From Candidatus Eiseniibacteriota bacterium (GTDB lineage: Bacteria > Eisenbacteria > RBG-16-71-46 > CAZEPH01), in contig JBGATO010000084.1 of the NCBI GenBank assembly GCA_044229145.1, positions 1-14,595 on the forward strand: DNA of 14,595 bases. Direction: 5' to 3'. This document shows, piece by piece, positions 1 through 8,500 of the stretch (its first letter is position 1; every line of letters starts with the position of its first letter). The position numbers were made by a program, and so were the translations under genes. The notes beneath the pieces were generated by a model. The model was not told the origin of the DNA. It saw only the letters and a program-made list of their open reading frames with translations, and did not search any database.

Positions 1-1534
1 CCGCGGCCACCGCGCGGCCGTGTGCATCGCGCCCGTCCCACGCCACCGTGCGCGTGCCGGCGGCGAGCGCCTCGCCCGCCAGCAGCGTGCGCACGCGCCG
101 CCCGTCGAGCGCGTACACCGCGAGCGTCGCCCGCGCCGGCCGCGTCAGCGAGCAGGCGAACGTCGCGCCGTCGCGCGCCGCGGCCTGCGCTGCGCGCAGC
201 GCCGCCTGCGGAGCCGCTCCCGGCTCATCGATCCCCACCACGCACCCCGATGTCCCGCCGCGCGGCACGAACACGAACGAGTCGATCTGCACGTCTTGCG
301 TCGACGACGGCGCGCCCGCGAACTGCCACAGGTTCATGTGCATGCGCGGCTCCTCCGGCCGCGGCAGCTGCTGCCCGGTGTACGTCCACGAGTGCACCAG
401 CGTCGACGCGTTTTCGCTGCACGGCCCGCCGCGCCACGAACGGTACTCGACGCGATCCGGCAACCAGCGGAACGCATGGCTGGTGATCTCGTTGGTCGCG
501 AACGTCTCGTCCCAGCGATTGAGGTTGCCCGGCGTGTCGTACGGCTGGCAGACGAACTGCGCGATCGCGTTGCCGGGAATGTTCCAGCGGCTGAACTCGA
601 CATCGATCTCGTTGTAGGGATTCCACCACAGATACGAGCCGTTGTAGCAGCCACCGTATTCCCATAGGAACAACCCGAGCACCACGCGCTGGTCGAGTTG
701 GTCGAGATCGGCACGCGTCGTCACGATGTAGTCGCCATAGCCGAGCGCGTCGCTGCACGTGACCTCGGTGCTGTACCATGTGCCCGCGATGTTCTTCACC
801 GTCAGGTGCATGTGTCCCGCGCTGTCCACCCAGACGTTGTTGGCCGAGTCGGTGAACCACGAGGGGCCGGGGCCATAGTAGCCGGGGCCTTTCACGCGCC
901 AGGTGCGTCCGCTGAACGACAGCGTCTTGCCGCTGGGGAAGTCCGACCACTGCAGCGCCGCGTGCGTCGGCGGCCCGAGGCTCAAGAAGTTCGGCAGGTC
1001 GAAGTAGACGTCGGGTTGCGGATCGCTCGGCCCTTGCAGGACGCCGAGCAGGAAATGCGTCGATGCCGTGTTGGCCGGCGCCGCGGCACTCGTGAACGTC
1101 GAGAGCAAGAAGGTGTCGCGCGCGGTGGCGGTGGTGGCGACGACGTGCGATTCGTACGACAGCAGATTGCCGCCGGCATCGCGCCATTCGATATTGAGGA
1201 GCGCTTGGGAGCCGCCCTGCAGCGGCTTCGAGGATGGCACGCGGGTGTACACGGACGCCGTCCACTGTTCGCCAGCGTGCGTCGGAATGTTCTGCCAATA
1301 GCCGGCGACGTTCCAGGTGTGATCGTTCGGCCCGCTGACGCGCGCCGCGCTAACGCCGTGCAACGCCTGCGTCGTCGATCCCACCGGCCCGAACTGCGAC
1401 CAGCCGTTGAAGGTCGCGCCGCTGCTGCCCGGCATCTCGAAGCTCGGATTGGCGAGCATGCACTGGGCGCCGGCCGTTCCCGCCCACGCCAGCATCATCC
1501 CCACGCCCCACCACGCGACACGGCGCCCGTGCAT
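1..1534 (-). CDS. Secreted modular protein, 3'-truncated by window edge (>=511 aa): signal peptide + CBM-like module + GH16-like catalytic domain + FlgD-Ig/T9SS-like C-terminal tail
   Basis: Not in the ORF track because its stop lies outside the window. Translated by hand: ATG at 1534 preceded by AAAGGAG RBS; open frame to position 2. N-terminus MHGRRVAWWGVGMMLAWAGTAGA|QCMLANPSFE (signal peptide, then LxNPxFE module start); SFSGRTWRVKGPGYYGPGP...NVWVDSAGHMHL...GYGDY...NEIDVEFSRW (GH16-type ExDxE at 596-610); tail LAVYALDGRRVRTL...WDGRDAHGRAVAA. Confidence 0.85.
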   Translation of the reverse strand, partial: MHGRRVAWWGVGMMLAWAGTAGAQCMLANPSFEMPGSSGATFNGWSQFGPVGSTTQALHGVSAARVSGPNDHTWNVAGYWQNIPTHAGEQWTASVYTRVPSSKPLQGGSQALLNIEWRDAGGNLLSYESHVVATTATARDTFLLSTFTSAAAPANTASTHFLLGVLQGPSDPQPDVYFDLPNFLSLGPPTHAALQWSDFPSGKTLSFSGRTWRVKGPGYYGPGPSWFTDSANNVWVDSAGHMHLTVKNIAGTWYSTEVTCSDALGYGDYIVTTRADLDQLDQRVVLGLFLWEYGGCYNGSYLWWNPYNEIDVEFSRWNIPGNAIAQFVCQPYDTPGNLNRWDETFATNEITSHAFRWLPDRVEYRSWRGGPCSENASTLVHSWTYTGQQLPRPEEPRMHMNLWQFAGAPSSTQDVQIDSFVFVPRGGTSGCVVGIDEPGAAPQAALRAAQAAARDGATFACSLTRPARATLAVYALDGRRVRTLLAGEALAAGTRTVAWDGRDAHGRAVAA

Positions 1535-1557
1535 CGCCCTCTCCTTTGTCGTGAGAC

Positions 1558-1592
1558 CGGCGTGCCGGGGGCTCGGTGGCCTCCGGCACGCC
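1558..1592. terminator. GC-rich intergenic stem-loop (weak terminator or mRNA-stabilising hairpin)
   Basis: CGGCGTGCCGG (1558-1568) is the perfect reverse complement of CCGGCACGCCG (1582-1592), extendable by 3 bp past one bulge; lies between the stop at 1603 and the next RBS. No U-tract follows on the minus strand. Confidence 0.5.
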
Positions 1593-1602
1593 GCGATCGA
1601 AC

Positions 1603-3021
1603 TCAGTGCGCCACCACGATGCGGGCGGTCGCGCGGCCGTCCTCGGTGCGCAGCACGGCCTGATAGATGCCGTTCGGGGCCACCGCGCCGTTCGCGACGC
1701 GGCCGTTCCACGACGCGACGTGCGATCCCGCCGTCGCCGCGCCTTCGGTGAGCGTCGCCACCTGGCGGCCCGTGAGGTCGAAGATCGCCAACGAGGCGTG
1801 TCCGGCGCGCGGCAACGCGTAGTCGAAGCGCACCGCATCGCGCAGCGGCACCGCGCCGGCCACCGCGAGCGTCAGGCCGCGCACGCTGCCCGGCGTCTCG
1901 ACGCCCACCAGGTCGACGCGCTGGAACACGGCGTCGTCGAAGAAGATCGCGCCGCCGTAGAGCGACGGCGAGTTGAAGAGCAGGTACGGCTCGACCCACG
2001 CGGTGCCGGCCGGCGACGTGCCGCTGACCTCGTGCCACGTGTAGGTGCCGAGCGGCGAGGTCGCGTCGGCGATCGTCACCTCGTTGTTGCCGAGTTCGTT
2101 GTTCGCCGCGTCGCGGTACACGATCTTCGCGGTGACGTAGTTGTCGATCGGCGCTTCGATCGGCGAGTCCTGGCAGGTGTTGAGCACCCACGCGCCGAAC
2201 CGGTACGGCTTGCCGGCGACGCCGGCGAAGCGCTGGTACATGCCCGAGGGCGAGCCGAACACGAACGTCGAGAACATCTTCGCGGCGCCCGGCGTGCGGC
2301 CGGCCCACGAGCGCGCGTCGGTGTAGACGTTGCCGAAGGTGCTCCAGCCGGTGAGGCCGCTGGAGAAGTTCGGGTTGGTGAGCAGGTTGGTCACCGGCGA
2401 GGTGCCCGCGGTGGTGAAGCTGAGGTCGTCGGTGAACACCGAGCCGCCGTCGCATCCCGGCTGCAAGAACAGCAGGTCGACCTCGACGCGTTGCGCGCCG
2501 GTGGGCGCGATCGCCGAGACGGTGAATGGAATCCACTGGTCCTTCGGGGTGAGCGCGCTGCCGAGCACGACCTCATTCGAGTTGAGTTCGCTGCCACCGG
2601 AGAGCGCGTTGAAGAACACGACCTTGGCGATCAGCCGGTTCTTGGTGCACACCGCGGTGCCGGGGATCGAGTCCGCGCTCGCGATGTACGAGTAGCCGGT
2701 GAGCGTGTAGGTGTTGCCGATGACCGGCGCGGTGAAGGCCTGGCCGCAGCCGCCGACGTTGAACACCGGCGATCCGGGGCAGCCGGTGAAGCCGCCGTAG
2801 ATCTTGGAGGCGGCGGTGCCGGAGTGGGCGATGTTGTCGGTGGCCGGCGTCGACATCTGGACGCCCGAGCCGAAGGTGTACCAGCCGGTGTAGGATCCGC
2901 CGCTGGTCTCGAAACCGGGGTTGGCGAGCAGGTTGGTGGCCGCGCGGGCCGGAGCGAGCGTGCCGCCTAGGGCCGTCAGCGCGATGAGCGACAGGCCGAG
3001 GCGGGATGCGAGAGATTTCAC
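1603..3021 (-). CDS. Secreted protein (472 aa): signal peptide + two tandem CBM4/9/16-like beta-sandwich modules + FlgD-Ig/T9SS-like C-terminal domain
   Basis: Start reassigned from 3399 to GTG 3021 (AGGAG RBS at 3029-3033). MKSLASRLGLSLIALTALGGTLAPARA| is a Sec signal with AxA. Repeats begin NLLANPGFE...GW and NLLTNPNFSSGLTGW and end SVFTDDLSF / IFFDDAVF. Tail LAIFDLTGRQVATL...WNGRVANGAVAPNGIYQAVL. Confidence 0.85.
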   Translation of the reverse strand: MKSLASRLGLSLIALTALGGTLAPARAATNLLANPGFETSGGSYTGWYTFGSGVQMSTPATDNIAHSGTAASKIYGGFTGCPGSPVFNVGGCGQAFTAPVIGNTYTLTGYSYIASADSIPGTAVCTKNRLIAKVVFFNALSGGSELNSNEVVLGSALTPKDQWIPFTVSAIAPTGAQRVEVDLLFLQPGCDGGSVFTDDLSFTTAGTSPVTNLLTNPNFSSGLTGWSTFGNVYTDARSWAGRTPGAAKMFSTFVFGSPSGMYQRFAGVAGKPYRFGAWVLNTCQDSPIEAPIDNYVTAKIVYRDAANNELGNNEVTIADATSPLGTYTWHEVSGTSPAGTAWVEPYLLFNSPSLYGGAIFFDDAVFQRVDLVGVETPGSVRGLTLAVAGAVPLRDAVRFDYALPRAGHASLAIFDLTGRQVATLTEGAATAGSHVASWNGRVANGAVAPNGIYQAVLRTEDGRATARIVVAH

Positions 3022-3145
3022 CGGGAGGCTCCTCTGTGATCGGTACGCCGAATGTGTCGTCGGTGGAGACGTCCCCGGGATCCGGCCGTGGATCCCCACC
3101 CTGGACGTCTGGTGGCGATTTCCGTGGCACGCGCCACGCGTGCCC

Positions 3146-3174
3146 TTGACGGACACACAGGGATTGTGGACTAT
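3146..3174 (+). promoter_or_regulatory. Putative sigma70-type promoter for the ATPase-GH1-GH/barrel block
   Basis: TTGACG at 3146-3151, 17-bp spacer, GACTAT at 3169-3174, in a locally AT-richer divergent intergenic region. Confidence 0.55.
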
Positions 3175-3195
3175 GTTCGGCATGGAAACAAAGTC
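3169..3195. promoter_or_regulatory. Putative ROK-family repressor operator (27-bp imperfect palindrome)
   Basis: GACTATGTTC-GGCATGG-AAACAAAGTC: arms match 8/10 as an inverted repeat; TGTT...AACA core resembles XylR-type ROK operators; overlaps the -10 box; a ROK gene is in the locus. Confidence 0.65.
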
Positions 3196-4198
3196 TTTTT
3201 TCGCCCCGGGCGGTCCTGAGGCGCCGGCGGGTGCCGGCGGCGCCCCGGTGCTCGAGCTGGCGGGGGTGAGCAAGACGTTCGCGCGCGGCGGCTTCCTGTC
3301 GCCGACCACCCGCGTGGTGGCGGCGGAGGACGTCTCGTTCCGGCTGGCGCGCGGTGAGGCGGTGGCGCTGGTGGGAGAGTCGGGGAGCGGCAAGAGCACG
3401 ATCGCCCGGCTGGTGCTGCGGCTGGAGGAGGCCGACGCCGGCGCCCTGCGCTTGGACGGCGTCGACGTGCTGGCGCGCGAGCCGCGTGGCGCGACGCTTG
3501 ACTATCGGCGCCGCGTGCAGATGGTGTTTCAGGATCCGTTCGGCTCGCTCAATCCGATGCACACGGTGGAGCATCACTTGGCGCGGCCGCTGCTGCGCCA
3601 CCGGCGCGCGTCGCGAGACGATGTCCGCGCGCGGGCGGTGGCGTTGCTGCACACCGTCGGCCTCGAGCCGGCGGAGGAGTTCGTCACGCGCTATCCCTAT
3701 GAGTTGTCCGGCGGCCAGCGGCAGCGTGTGGCCATCGCGCGTGCGCTCGCCGTCGAGCCCGACGTGCTGGTGGCCGACGAACCGACGTCGATGCTCGACG
3801 TGTCGATCCGCGCCGGGATCCTTGGCTTGCTGCGCCAGTTGAAGCGCGAGCGCGGCTTGGCGCTGCTGCTCATCACGCACGATCTCGCGTCGGCGCGGGC
3901 GCTGGCGGATCGCATCCTCGTGCTCTTCCGCGGCCGCGTCGTCGAGGACGGGCCGGCCGCCGACGTCGTCGCCGCGCCGGTGCATCCCTACACCCGGGCC
4001 TTGCTCGGGGCGATCGCCGGCGTCGAACGCGCGGCGGGCGCGTCGCCGGCGGCGGTGGCCGCGGCGTCCGAGGGCTGTCCGTTCGCGCCGCGCTGCGCCG
4101 AGACGACGGATCTCTGCCGCCGCGTCGATCCGCCCGCCGTCGCGGTGGGTGCGCGGCGCGTGCGCTGCCACCTCGTCATGCCGGATCGCGGGAACTGA
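3182..4198 (+). CDS. ABC transporter ATP-binding subunit, oligopeptide/oligosaccharide family (OppF/DppF-like)
   Basis: Walker A GESGSGKS, Q-loop VFQDPFGSLNP, signature LSGGQRQRVAIARAL, Walker B LVADEPTSMLD, H-loop ITHD, C-terminal HPYT...GCPFAPRC...C...CH. Start uncertain (ATG 3173, ATG 3182 or GTG 3248); the 2921 start overlaps the divergent gene and is rejected. Confidence 0.92.
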   Translation: METKSFFAPGGPEAPAGAGGAPVLELAGVSKTFARGGFLSPTTRVVAAEDVSFRLARGEAVALVGESGSGKSTIARLVLRLEEADAGALRLDGVDVLAREPRGATLDYRRRVQMVFQDPFGSLNPMHTVEHHLARPLLRHRRASRDDVRARAVALLHTVGLEPAEEFVTRYPYELSGGQRQRVAIARALAVEPDVLVADEPTSMLDVSIRAGILGLLRQLKRERGLALLLITHDLASARALADRILVLFRGRVVEDGPAADVVAAPVHPYTRALLGAIAGVERAAGASPAAVAAASEGCPFAPRCAETTDLCRRVDPPAVAVGARRVRCHLVMPDRGN

Positions 4199-4203
4199 CG
4201 GCG

Positions 4204-5595
4204 ATGGGTGCGCTCGTCTTCCCGCCAGACTTCCTCTGGGGCGCCGCCACGTCGGCGTTCCAGATCGAGGGCGCGGCGGTGGAGGACGGACGCGGGCCGT
4301 CGATGTGGGACGCCTACGCGGCCACACCCGGCCGCATCGCCGACGGCAGCGACGCGCGCGTCGCTTGCGATCACTACCACCTCTGGCGCGACGATCTCGC
4401 GCTAATGCAGTGGCTCGGGCTTGGTGCGTACCGCTTCTCGATCGCCTGGCCGCGCGTGCTGCCGTCTGGGCGTGGCGCGGTGAACGCCGCCGGCCTCGAC
4501 TTCTACGATGCGCTCGTCGACGCGTTGCTCGCCGCCGGCATCGAGCCGTTCGTCACGCTCTACCACTGGGATCTGCCGCTGCCGTTGCACGAAGCCGGCG
4601 GCTGGACCGCGCGCGAGACGGCGCAGGCCTTCGCCGAGTACGCGGACGTCGTGACGCAACGCCTCGGCGACCGCGTGCGGCGCTGGGCGACGCTCAACGA
4701 GCCGTGGTGCAGCGCGACGCTCGGCTACGAGGAGGCGGCGCACGCGCCGGGCTGGCGCGATCCCGCCGCCGCGCTCGCCGCCGCGCACCACTTGCTGCTC
4801 GGGCACGGCTGGGCGATGCAGGCGATCCGCCGCCACGTGCGCGACGCCGAGGCCGGCATCGTGCTCATCTTCGCCCCGGCGCATGCGGCGTCGGAGAGCG
4901 CCGCCGACCAGGACGCGGCGCGCCAGGCCGATGGCGCGATGCAGCGCTGGTATCTCGATCCGCTGTTCCGCGCCGCGTATCCCGCCGACGCGATCGCCGA
5001 CCGTGTGCGCCGTGGGCATCTGGCGAGTGACGTGTTGCCGTTCGTGCAGGATGGCGACCTGCAGACCATCGCTGCGCCGCTCGACTTCCTCGGCGTGAAC
5101 TACTATAGCCGCGTCCTGGTGCGCGCCGGGGCGAACGGCGCGCCCGAGGCAGTGCCGCAAGCGCCGCCCGAGGATCTCACCGACATGGGTTGGGAGGTCT
5201 ATCCCGACGGCCTGCGCGAGACACTCGAGCGCGTGCACCGCGACTACGCGCCGCCGCGGATCTACATCACCGAGAACGGCGCTGCGTACACCGACGCGCC
5301 GGCCGCCGACGGGTCGATTCCCGATGTGCGCCGCCGCGACTATCTCCACGCGCATCTCGACGCCGCGCACGCGGCACTCGCCGCCGGCGTGCCGCTCGGC
5401 GGCTACTTCGCCTGGTCGCTGCTCGACAACTTCGAGTGGTCGCAAGGCTTCGCGAAACGCTTCGGTCTGTTCGCCGTCGACTATGCGACTCAGCGTCGCA
5501 CGGCGCGCGACAGCGCCCACTGGTATCGCCGTGTCGTCGCCGCGGGTGCGGTGGACGACGACGTGCCGTCCTTCCTCATGAGGAGAGTCCCGTGA
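4204..5595 (+). CDS. GH1 beta-glucosidase, cytoplasmic (463 aa)
   Basis: FPPDFLWGAATSAFQIEG N-terminal signature, YRFSIAWPR, TLYHWDLP, acid/base TLNEP, nucleophile YITENG, WSLLDNFEW; no signal peptide. Confidence 0.96.
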   Translation: MGALVFPPDFLWGAATSAFQIEGAAVEDGRGPSMWDAYAATPGRIADGSDARVACDHYHLWRDDLALMQWLGLGAYRFSIAWPRVLPSGRGAVNAAGLDFYDALVDALLAAGIEPFVTLYHWDLPLPLHEAGGWTARETAQAFAEYADVVTQRLGDRVRRWATLNEPWCSATLGYEEAAHAPGWRDPAAALAAAHHLLLGHGWAMQAIRRHVRDAEAGIVLIFAPAHAASESAADQDAARQADGAMQRWYLDPLFRAAYPADAIADRVRRGHLASDVLPFVQDGDLQTIAAPLDFLGVNYYSRVLVRAGANGAPEAVPQAPPEDLTDMGWEVYPDGLRETLERVHRDYAPPRIYITENGAAYTDAPAADGSIPDVRRRDYLHAHLDAAHAALAAGVPLGGYFAWSLLDNFEWSQGFAKRFGLFAVDYATQRRTARDSAHWYRRVVAAGAVDDDVPSFLMRRVP

Positions 5596-8500
5596 ACGCC
5601 ATTCGTCGCGCCGTCCGCCGCTCCGCGCGGATCGTGTCGTGTGTCGCCGTCGTGCTGGCCGTCGTGGCGTCGATCGCGTCGGCCGCGCCGCAGCCCGAGA
5701 TCCGCGTCGCCAACGCGGCCGACGGCAACGCGCTCGTGGTGAACGGCACGCCGTTCTTCGTACGCGGCATGAACTGGGACTACACGCCGATCGGGCAGAA
5801 TTACGCCTACAGCCTGTGGCAGCAGCCCGACGACGTCATCGTCGCCGCGCTCGGCCGCGAGATGCCGCTGCTCAAGGCGATGGGCTGCAACGTGACGCGC
5901 CAGTACGTCGGCATCCCGCCGCGCTGGGTGCAGTACATCTACGAGACCTACGGCATCTTCACCGTCATCAACCACCCGATGGGCCGCTACGGCTTCACGG
6001 TCGGCGGCGTGTGGCATCCGGTGGTCGACTACTCCGATCCGGTGATGCGCAAGGCGATCTCCGACGACGTGCTCGCGATGGTGGACCAGTTCCGCGGCGT
6101 GCCGGGCGTGCTGTTCTGGCTGCTCGGCAACGAGAACAACTACGGCCTCGCCTGGCAGTCGAATCAGATCCAAGCGCTGCCCAAGGGCGAACGCGACGCG
6201 GCGCGCGCCCGCTTCCTCTACACGCTGTTCGGCGAGACGATCACCGCGATCAAGCAGCACGACCCGGCGCGTCCCGTCGCCATGGCCAACGGCGACCTGC
6301 AGTACATCGACATCATCGCGCAGGAGTGCAAGGGCCTCGACATCTTCGGGTCGAACGTCTATCGCGGCATCTCGGCCGGCGATTTCTTCCAGGTCGTGCA
6401 CGACAAGCTGGGCGTGCCGACGCTGTTCACCGAGTTCGGCTGCGACGCGTGGAACGAACGCGACATGCGCGAAGACCAGGCGATGCAGGCGCACTATCTG
6501 CTCGGGCAGTGGCAGGAGATCTTCGAGCAGTCGCGCGGCAAGGGCCGCGTCGGCAATGCGATCGGCGGGTTCGTCTTCCAGTGGAGCGACGGCTGGTGGA
6601 AGTACCTGCAGGAGTCGCGGCTCGACGTGCACGACACCAACGCGTCGTGGCCGAACGGCGGTTACCGCGAGGACTTCGTGCAAGGCCAGAACAACATGAA
6701 CGAGGAGTGGTGGGGCATCTGCGCGAAGGGCGAACCCGACGCGCGCGGCTTGTTCGATCTGTATCCGCGCGCCGCCTACTACGCGCTGCGCCGCGCGTGG
6801 GCCTTGCCGGCGTACGCCGCGACGACCGACCTGGCGGCGATCCGCGCGCACTTCGGCGACATCGAGCCGGCGGCGATGGCGCTCGAGGCGCGCGGCGCGC
6901 AGGCGCCGCAGGCCGCCGCGGTGGCCGATCGCATCAAGGTCAGCGCGCTGCGGGCGCAGATCGTCACCTACAACACCGGCGGCACGCGGCTCAGCACGCC
7001 GAACGCGTCGACGCCCGCCGCGTCGTCGCCCGCGTATCGCGGCTTCGACCGCCTCGAATCGTTCTACGCCGACATCACCGCGAATCCGGCGCCGACGGTG
7101 AGCGGCACGATGTCGCTCAACGTGCTCGGCAACGTGCCGCGCAATCCGATCGACGAGATCTTCTACGAGAACCGCGGCCGCGTGCGCACCGTCTACACCA
7201 CCGGCGGCAGCTACCAGTTGCAAGGCATCGAACGCGTGAAGGTCTACAAGGCGCACATCGCGTGGGACGACCGCTTGTTCGCGCTCGACGGCTTCTACCG
7301 CAGCGGCCACTACCACTGGGGCTACGAGGGCGACTTCTTCGGCCTCTACCGCGAGGCGAACTACGGCGCCAACATCGACATCTACAACGGCGACGCGCCG
7401 CTCGGCGTCGAGATCGCCGGCAAGCGCGCGTTCAACGGCTTGAAGGTCGCGTACGGGCCGCAGCTGTGGTGGGGCGCCAACCCGTCGATCATGGCGAAGT
7501 ACCGTCGGCAGGTCGGCCGCTTCGACGTGGCCGCCGTGCACCAGAGCGACATCACGCGGCAGTCGTCGGTGAACTCGTCGAGCGCGGTGCCGCTGCCGCC
7601 GACGCGCAAGACGACGCTGGCGCTCGCCACCTCGCGCGGTCCGCTCAAGATCGAAGCCGGCGGCATCTGGGCCGGCCAGTCGAAGGTCGGCGATTACTTC
7701 CAGGTGGCCGAGAAGACCGCCAGCGGCTACCGCATCCTGCGCGACTCGGTGCGCACGTCGGACGCGTTCGGCGGCAAGGTGAAGCTGACGCTCGAAAGCG
7801 GCCGCTTCCGCTGGTACGCCTCCGCCGCGTCGATGGGCGTGGTGGCCGACGCCGGCCCGACCGCCGTGATGACGTTCACCGGCTGGTATCTCAAGGACAG
7901 CGGCTCCGGCAACCAGCGCAACGTGCTCAGCGGCTTCACACTCAACAGCGGCAACTGGCAAGTGGGCCCGAACTTCCTGTGGCAAAAGCCGATCGTCGGC
8001 CCGATGCCGGGCGACGTGCCGTCGCCGGGCCGCCCGCGCAACGTGCTCGACGACCCGTTCGCCGTGCGCGGCAACCGCGAGCAGACCGCCGGCGAAGTGC
8101 TCATCACCTACGACCCGACGCCCGCCAGTTTCTTCTACCAGTGGGACAACGATTTTCGCGAGGACGCGAAGCTCGCCGCGAGCGTCGGCTTCCTGGTGCG
8201 CCACTACCCGACGACGATGGACGCGTCGATCGGCATCCTCGCCGACGGCGTGACGACCTTTGCGTTCGCCGGCGCGACGCCGCCGCGCGACGTGTGGGAG
8301 AGCAACGTGCGCGTGGTCTCGCGCCTGTCGCCCGCCTCGCGCTTGGTCGGCCACGCGTTCTACGGCACCGGCGAACCGAACGGCAACGACAAGCGCTTGA
8401 TTCACCGCTACGGCGCCGACGCGCGGCTCGCCGTCGGCTCCACCGTGTTCGCCTGCGCGGCGAAGGCGAATGATTGGGGCCCGTACGACTACCACCGCGA

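Noticed and set aside
20..1663. Track ORFs 20-667, 22-486, 48-617, 225-1298 and 698-1663
   Set aside because: All overlap the motif-bearing minus-strand frame starting at 1534 and have no recognisable features.
2921..3399. Extended N-termini of ORFs 1603-3399 and 2921-4198, implying overlapping divergent genes
   Set aside because: RBS and signal peptide place the minus gene start at 3021, and ATPase homology begins near 3248; the gap holds promoter and operator signals.
5190..5591. 134-aa N-terminal extension of the 1176-aa ORF
   Set aside because: Lies inside the GH1 gene; the real start is GTG 5592 with RBS and signal peptide.
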